DNA from: an uncultured Acidobacteriota bacterium
GTDB lineage: Bacteria; Acidobacteriota; Vicinamibacteria; Vicinamibacterales; UBA8438
Direction of reading: 5' to 3'
NCBI GenBank assembly: GCA_913043225.1
Contig: CAJWLU010000029.1
Span: 1 to 39,413, forward strand
Length of the DNA: 39,413 nt
Shown: in pieces, positions 36,801 through 39,413 of the stretch
How the letters are laid out: each line of letters opens with the position of its first letter
Position numbering within the stretch: position 1 is the first letter of the stretch
Notes under the pieces: generated by a model
Databases searched by the model: none
Told to the model about the DNA's origin: nothing
What the model saw: the letters and a program-made list of their open reading frames with translations, nothing else
Made by a program: the position numbers and the translations under genes

Positions 36801-37188
36801 GCACATCATCGAGAGTGGCGGCCAGTGTGCGCCCGAAGCTGGGAAGCCTAGCGATGGGCGAGAGATACTCAAGTGTCCCGGCCTCGATCTCCTCGAAGGC
36901 GGCCCGGGCGGCAACCGCTTCGGCCCCGAGCCGGCTGGCCGGGGCGCGGCCCTGCGCCGCCAGTCGCGTGGCCGCCACGCGGACGGCGAACTGAGGCAGA
37001 CTGAAGCGATGGAGTCCGAAGGTGCTACCGAGACGGCTGGTGCGGTCGCGGGCGAAGTCGTCGACCGCGTCGCGCGTACCGCCGAGCAGCAACGCCTCGG
37101 CGGAGGGAGGGAAACCATCGAGCACACTGCTCGCGGCAGAAAGACGGGTTGCCGCCTCGGCGGCAGAGTACAGAGTGACTGAGCCCAT
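33826..37188 (-). CDS. addB: AddB-like inactive-helicase scaffold + Fe-S PD-(D/E)XK nuclease
   Basis: Motifs RG..FDVVFVPGL.E..FP and ERLLL. One Cys in S.SAL..Y..CPYQF plus three C-terminal Cys (C..C.....C). Nuclease G.VDLIE / DHKTG / Q..LY. Directly upstream of addA. Start placed at ATG 37188; ORF open to 37329. Confidence 0.82.
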   Translation of the reverse strand: MGSVTLYSAAEAATRLSAASSVLDGFPPSAEALLLGGTRDAVDDFARDRTSRLGSTFGLHRFSLPQFAVRVAATRLAAQGRAPASRLGAEAVAARAAFEEIEAGTLEYLSPIARLPSFGRTLAATLDDVRRGGVEENRLSGCGAGAADVARLAARYRGQLEGAHLVDTPELCLLAATALRERDEVGFPIDVPVLLLDVPVLDEATLALARALASRATRFVATIPAGDERTRAALLTLPQASMANPTPPESPEPLRRVRARLFEAMDGDEAVTSEEAGEEVTLFSAPGETRECVEVARAIQQEAARGIPFDRMAVLLRAPQLYAGLLETALRRAGVEAWFVRGTRAPDPAGRAFLALLACAGEQLSARRFAEYLSLGQVPSPDPEGGPPRDRARWVTPAEAATLLPSAAVPQQPALFDLGDRPLDEPDQGPDRDEHPVVDGRLRAPWRWDRLLVESAVVGGHARWARRLSGLAEEFRLRWLERRTDDPESPQARGLERDLVNLEHLRSFALPVVDQLARLPRRALWGVWLDRLDELAPMVLKRPDRVLAVLGELRPMAGVGPVGLAEVQSVLSERLTQLQEDPPAHRYGRVFVGGPEHARGRVFDVVFVPGLAERLFPQKQRQDPLLLDVARRRLNQSDGSNADRAVLGLPVLDDLAADERLLLRLAVGAATERLYLSYPRLQIGEARPRVPSFYALDIERARTGRVPDFAVTEREAFRQVDARLAWPAPPDPTRAIDDTEHDLAVLGPLLHRRVSPELQGRARYLLELNPGLRRSLVSRWWRWKPPWTRYDGLHDLQPPARAALDAHRLSARPFSVSALQRYAKCPYQFLLGAVFRFQPREQIESLERLDPLTRGRMFHEVQAELVRELEAKEMLPVTRDRLPQTWAVLDEVLERLAARYFEDLAPAIDRVWASEVESLRTDLRGWVQQVADEDGEWVPVGAELGFGFPPGVGRDRRSVAEPVRLDDRWLLHGIVDLIEARARPTAEGELRVTDHKTGRNRTQERMVVGRGEVLQPVLYGLAVEAALDRPVGESRLFFSTVTGGFETRTVTLGDDERRAGLNVLEAVDRAVEAGSLLPAPRPGACGVCDFRAVCGPWEETRVARKDDTKLLDLQVLRRMP

Positions 37189-37276
37189 CGAATCCCGATG
37201 CGTTCTCGACACGAACGCTCCCCCGGCTCTCGGCGCCGGGTCTCCGCATCCGACGACGCCACGTCGTCGTGGCCCG

Positions 37277-37286
37277 ATGCTACCAT
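37277..37286. promoter_or_regulatory. Candidate bidirectional extended -10 element (TG-C-TACCAT on +; TG-G-TAGCAT on -) between addB and the PspC gene
   Basis: The near-palindrome ATGCTACCAT gives a TGn-TAnnnT match on both strands in a divergent intergenic region. Confidence 0.45.
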
Positions 37287-37355
37287 GCAGACTGAAGCCT
37301 ACAGGGAACCCGATGACCGGCCGAGCCATCTCTCATATGTAGGGACAGCCTCCAG

Positions 37356-37895
37356 ATGTTCTGCCGACGCTGCACACGTGAGATCGCCGATGACGACGCC
37401 TACTGCGCCCACTGCGGGGCAGGTCAGCGGACGGATGCCAGCCCGATTCGCCTGGAACGGTCGGTTGCCGATCGGCTGCTGGCCGGCGTCTGTAGTGGAC
37501 TTGCAGCCTACCTGGGCCTCGACGCCACGCTGACCCGAATGCTGTGGATCATGCTGTCGGTGGTGCCCGGAGCCATCGTGTTCGGGATCATCGCCTACCT
37601 AGCAGCCTGGCTGATCATTCCAGAGGTGACTGGTCCCGAACCCACGACAAATCGGAAACGACTCACCCGCTCGCTGACCGACGCGAAGGTGGCCGGACTG
37701 TGTGGTGGACTTGCCGAGTACTTCGGCGTCGACCCCACACCCATCCGACTACTGTGGGTCGTGCTGTCGATCTACCCCGGGGTCATCATCGGAGGCGTGA
37801 TCGTGTACGGGGTCGCCTGGGCCGTCACGCCGCTGGCGTCGCTCACTAAGGCAACGCCGGTCGAATCAGAGGAGTCAGCGTCGAACTCGTCCTGA
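37356..37895 (+). CDS. Zinc-ribbon + tandem PspC-domain membrane protein
   Basis: N-terminal CRRC..CAHCG. Two PspC repeats: L.RS..DR..AGVCSGLA.Y.G.D.T..R and L.RS..D.K.AG.CGGLAEYFGVDPT..R. Confidence 0.88.
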   Translation: MFCRRCTREIADDDAYCAHCGAGQRTDASPIRLERSVADRLLAGVCSGLAAYLGLDATLTRMLWIMLSVVPGAIVFGIIAYLAAWLIIPEVTGPEPTTNRKRLTRSLTDAKVAGLCGGLAEYFGVDPTPIRLLWVVLSIYPGVIIGGVIVYGVAWAVTPLASLTKATPVESEESASNSS

Positions 37896-38870
37896 TCAGC
37901 CCGACACCTTGCGTGCACCGGCCGTGTTGATCGGTCCTGTGTGGGTATCGCACGCCAGACCAGCCACCTCCTGGAACCGTTCCGACATACGTCCCGCCAG
38001 ACGCTCGGCATGATCATCGCTCTTCGCGAAGGCAAAAACCGACGGTCCCGATCCAGAAATCGAACAACCCAGCGCATCCTCTTCGAGCGCCGTCTGCTTC
38101 ACTTCGGCGAAGCCTGGAATCAGCGGCGCTCGGATCGGTTCCACCAGCGCATCGCTGATCGCGCGTCCGAATAGCCCCAGATCCTCGCGGTGGAGTGCGG
38201 TCACCATCGCGGCGATCTGACCCAGATTGGCAACCGCCTGGCCAATCTCGAACCGCTTCTCCGCCACCAGTCGTCGGGCCTCGGCAGTCATGACCGAAGT
38301 ATGCGGATGCACGACCGCCACCCGGAGCTCTGACGGGACCGGGAGGGAGAGCACCTCGAACGGGTCGTAGCTCCGGATCAGAACGATGCCACCGCGTATC
38401 GACGGGGCCACGTTGTCGGCGTGTACCCCGCCCGAAACGAACCGCTCGCCCTCGAGCGCGCACGCAATCAGGGTGGCGGTGTCGAGCGCACCGCCCCTCA
38501 GCTCGCTGACCGCCAGCGCACCTGCCACACTGCTTGCCGCCGAGCTCCCGAGCCCACTGCCCAGTGGCATCCCCTTGTGCAGCCTGAGGCGCACCCCGGG
38601 TGCCTCGCCGTCACGGGGTGTCGCGCCCAGCGCGGCGCTGGCGGCGATCCCGACTACGTTGCGATCCGGCTCGCGCGGCAGCCGGCCGTCGTCACCGGTA
38701 ACCTCGACGAGCTCGATCCCGGGGCGGTCGCTCCATTCGGCCTCGACATAGTCTCCGGGCCGCTCCAGCGCCAGGCCCAACACGTCGAAACCGGGACCCA
38801 GATTCGACAGGGTGGCAGGGGCGAAGACACGAACCTGAGTGGGTGCAGTCATGGCGGGCGGGACGTTCAC
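37896..38870 (-). CDS. thrB: Homoserine kinase
   Basis: Motifs APAT.SNLGPGFD.LGLAL, GHMP motif P.GSGLGSSAAS, H.DNVAP and ISGSGPS. Alternative start ATG 38852. Confidence 0.93.
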   Translation of the reverse strand: MNVPPAMTAPTQVRVFAPATLSNLGPGFDVLGLALERPGDYVEAEWSDRPGIELVEVTGDDGRLPREPDRNVVGIAASAALGATPRDGEAPGVRLRLHKGMPLGSGLGSSAASSVAGALAVSELRGGALDTATLIACALEGERFVSGGVHADNVAPSIRGGIVLIRSYDPFEVLSLPVPSELRVAVVHPHTSVMTAEARRLVAEKRFEIGQAVANLGQIAAMVTALHREDLGLFGRAISDALVEPIRAPLIPGFAEVKQTALEEDALGCSISGSGPSVFAFAKSDDHAERLAGRMSERFQEVAGLACDTHTGPINTAGARKVSG

Positions 38871-39152
38871 ACGAGCTGCTAGCTTATCGACAAGGCCCGG
38901 GAAGGCTCAACCCGGCCGGGGAAGTCGACGCAGCTGTTCTGCGGCTCTGGACGGTGTGCGAGAAGGCGAAGCAGGTTGGCGCAATCGCGTCGCTAACGTC
39001 GACGACGCCGCCCCGATCACCTAGCCCACTTAGCTACTGCGCTGGCCGGTTCTCTGGCGAGGCTTTCGAGCAGCAAGGCGCGAAAAGGGAACAACCAGGC
39101 AGACGGTGACCGACAAGCAGCGCCGAAAGACGGAAGCGTCGCCGGGAAACAA

Positions 39153-39413
39153 CTAGAGCAAACCTAGTTGCAGCTTGGCCGCGTCGGTCATCTTGTCCAT
39201 GTCCCACTGCGGTTCCCAAACCACGTCGACCCAGGCGTCGCTCACCCCCGGCACTGCCTTGGCCTTGGCCTTCACTTCGACCGGTAGGCTCTGAGCCGCC
39301 GGGCACCCCGGGGAGGTGAGGGTCATGCGGATTCCGACGAGGGCCGCAGCGTCGACATCAATGTCGTAAATCAGCCCGAGTTCATAGATATTGACCGGGA
39401 TCTCCGGGTCATA
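39153..39413 (-). CDS. DUF59/SufT-like Fe-S cluster assembly protein, C-terminal part (5' truncated; absent from the ORF track)
   Basis: The minus-strand frame from the window end reads YDPEIPVNIYELGLIYDI...MTLTSPGCPAAQSLP...VWEPQWDMDKMTDAAKLQLGLL*, with TAG at 39153-39155. Confidence 0.92.
   Translation of the reverse strand, partial: YDPEIPVNIYELGLIYDIDVDAAALVGIRMTLTSPGCPAAQSLPVEVKAKAKAVPGVSDAWVDVVWEPQWDMDKMTDAAKLQLGLL

Noticed and set aside
38871..39152. Intergenic region upstream of thrB as a Thr attenuator, T-box, tRNA or other ncRNA
   Set aside because: No Thr/Ile-rich leader peptide, T-box motif or cloverleaf was recognisable.
1..39413. Abundant TCGA-containing palindromes (GTCGAC, CTCGAG)
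   Set aside because: Explained by codon pairs such as GTC-GAC and CTC-GAG in high-GC coding DNA; they are not clustered.

Overview
GC-rich bacterial chromosomal segment with about 30 protein-coding genes. I found no rRNA, tRNA, CRISPR array or intact mobile element. Gene content (an ADOP-type permease remnant, DUF2911, a 'DWPAFRGP' PQQ-like propeller, multiple DUF4159 genes) suggests Acidobacteriota, possibly Vicinamibacteria-like; this is inference only. The left part encodes a gabD C-terminus, a secreted orphan, a HugZ-like protein, a YvlD-type holin-family protein, DUF2911, class I fumarate hydratase, an M48 protease, a beta-propeller, a HupE/UreJ-type pair, DUF368, an M28 lipoprotein and a carboxylesterase. 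The centre (12.7-26.4 kb, minus strand) is a tightly coupled nine-gene MoxR/DUF58/vWA envelope cluster. It carries three exported DUF4159 paralogues, a caspase-fold protein lacking its catalytic Cys, two membrane-anchored vWA + GATase-like proteins and a 1177-aa Ig/coiled-coil protein with a (QQG)n repeat. This cluster is the best candidate for an uncharacterised system. The right part encodes an exported M29-like protein with degenerate metal ligands, a serine hydrolase, glutaminyl cyclase, addA/addB-type helicase-nucleases, a zinc-ribbon tandem-PspC protein, thrB and a DUF59/SufT C-terminus missing from the ORF track. Other signals are probable leaderless and bidirectional -10 promoters, a decayed ABC-permease fragment, and Gln enrichment at the +1 position after signal peptides. 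All family assignments come from motif recognition by eye, not database searches.
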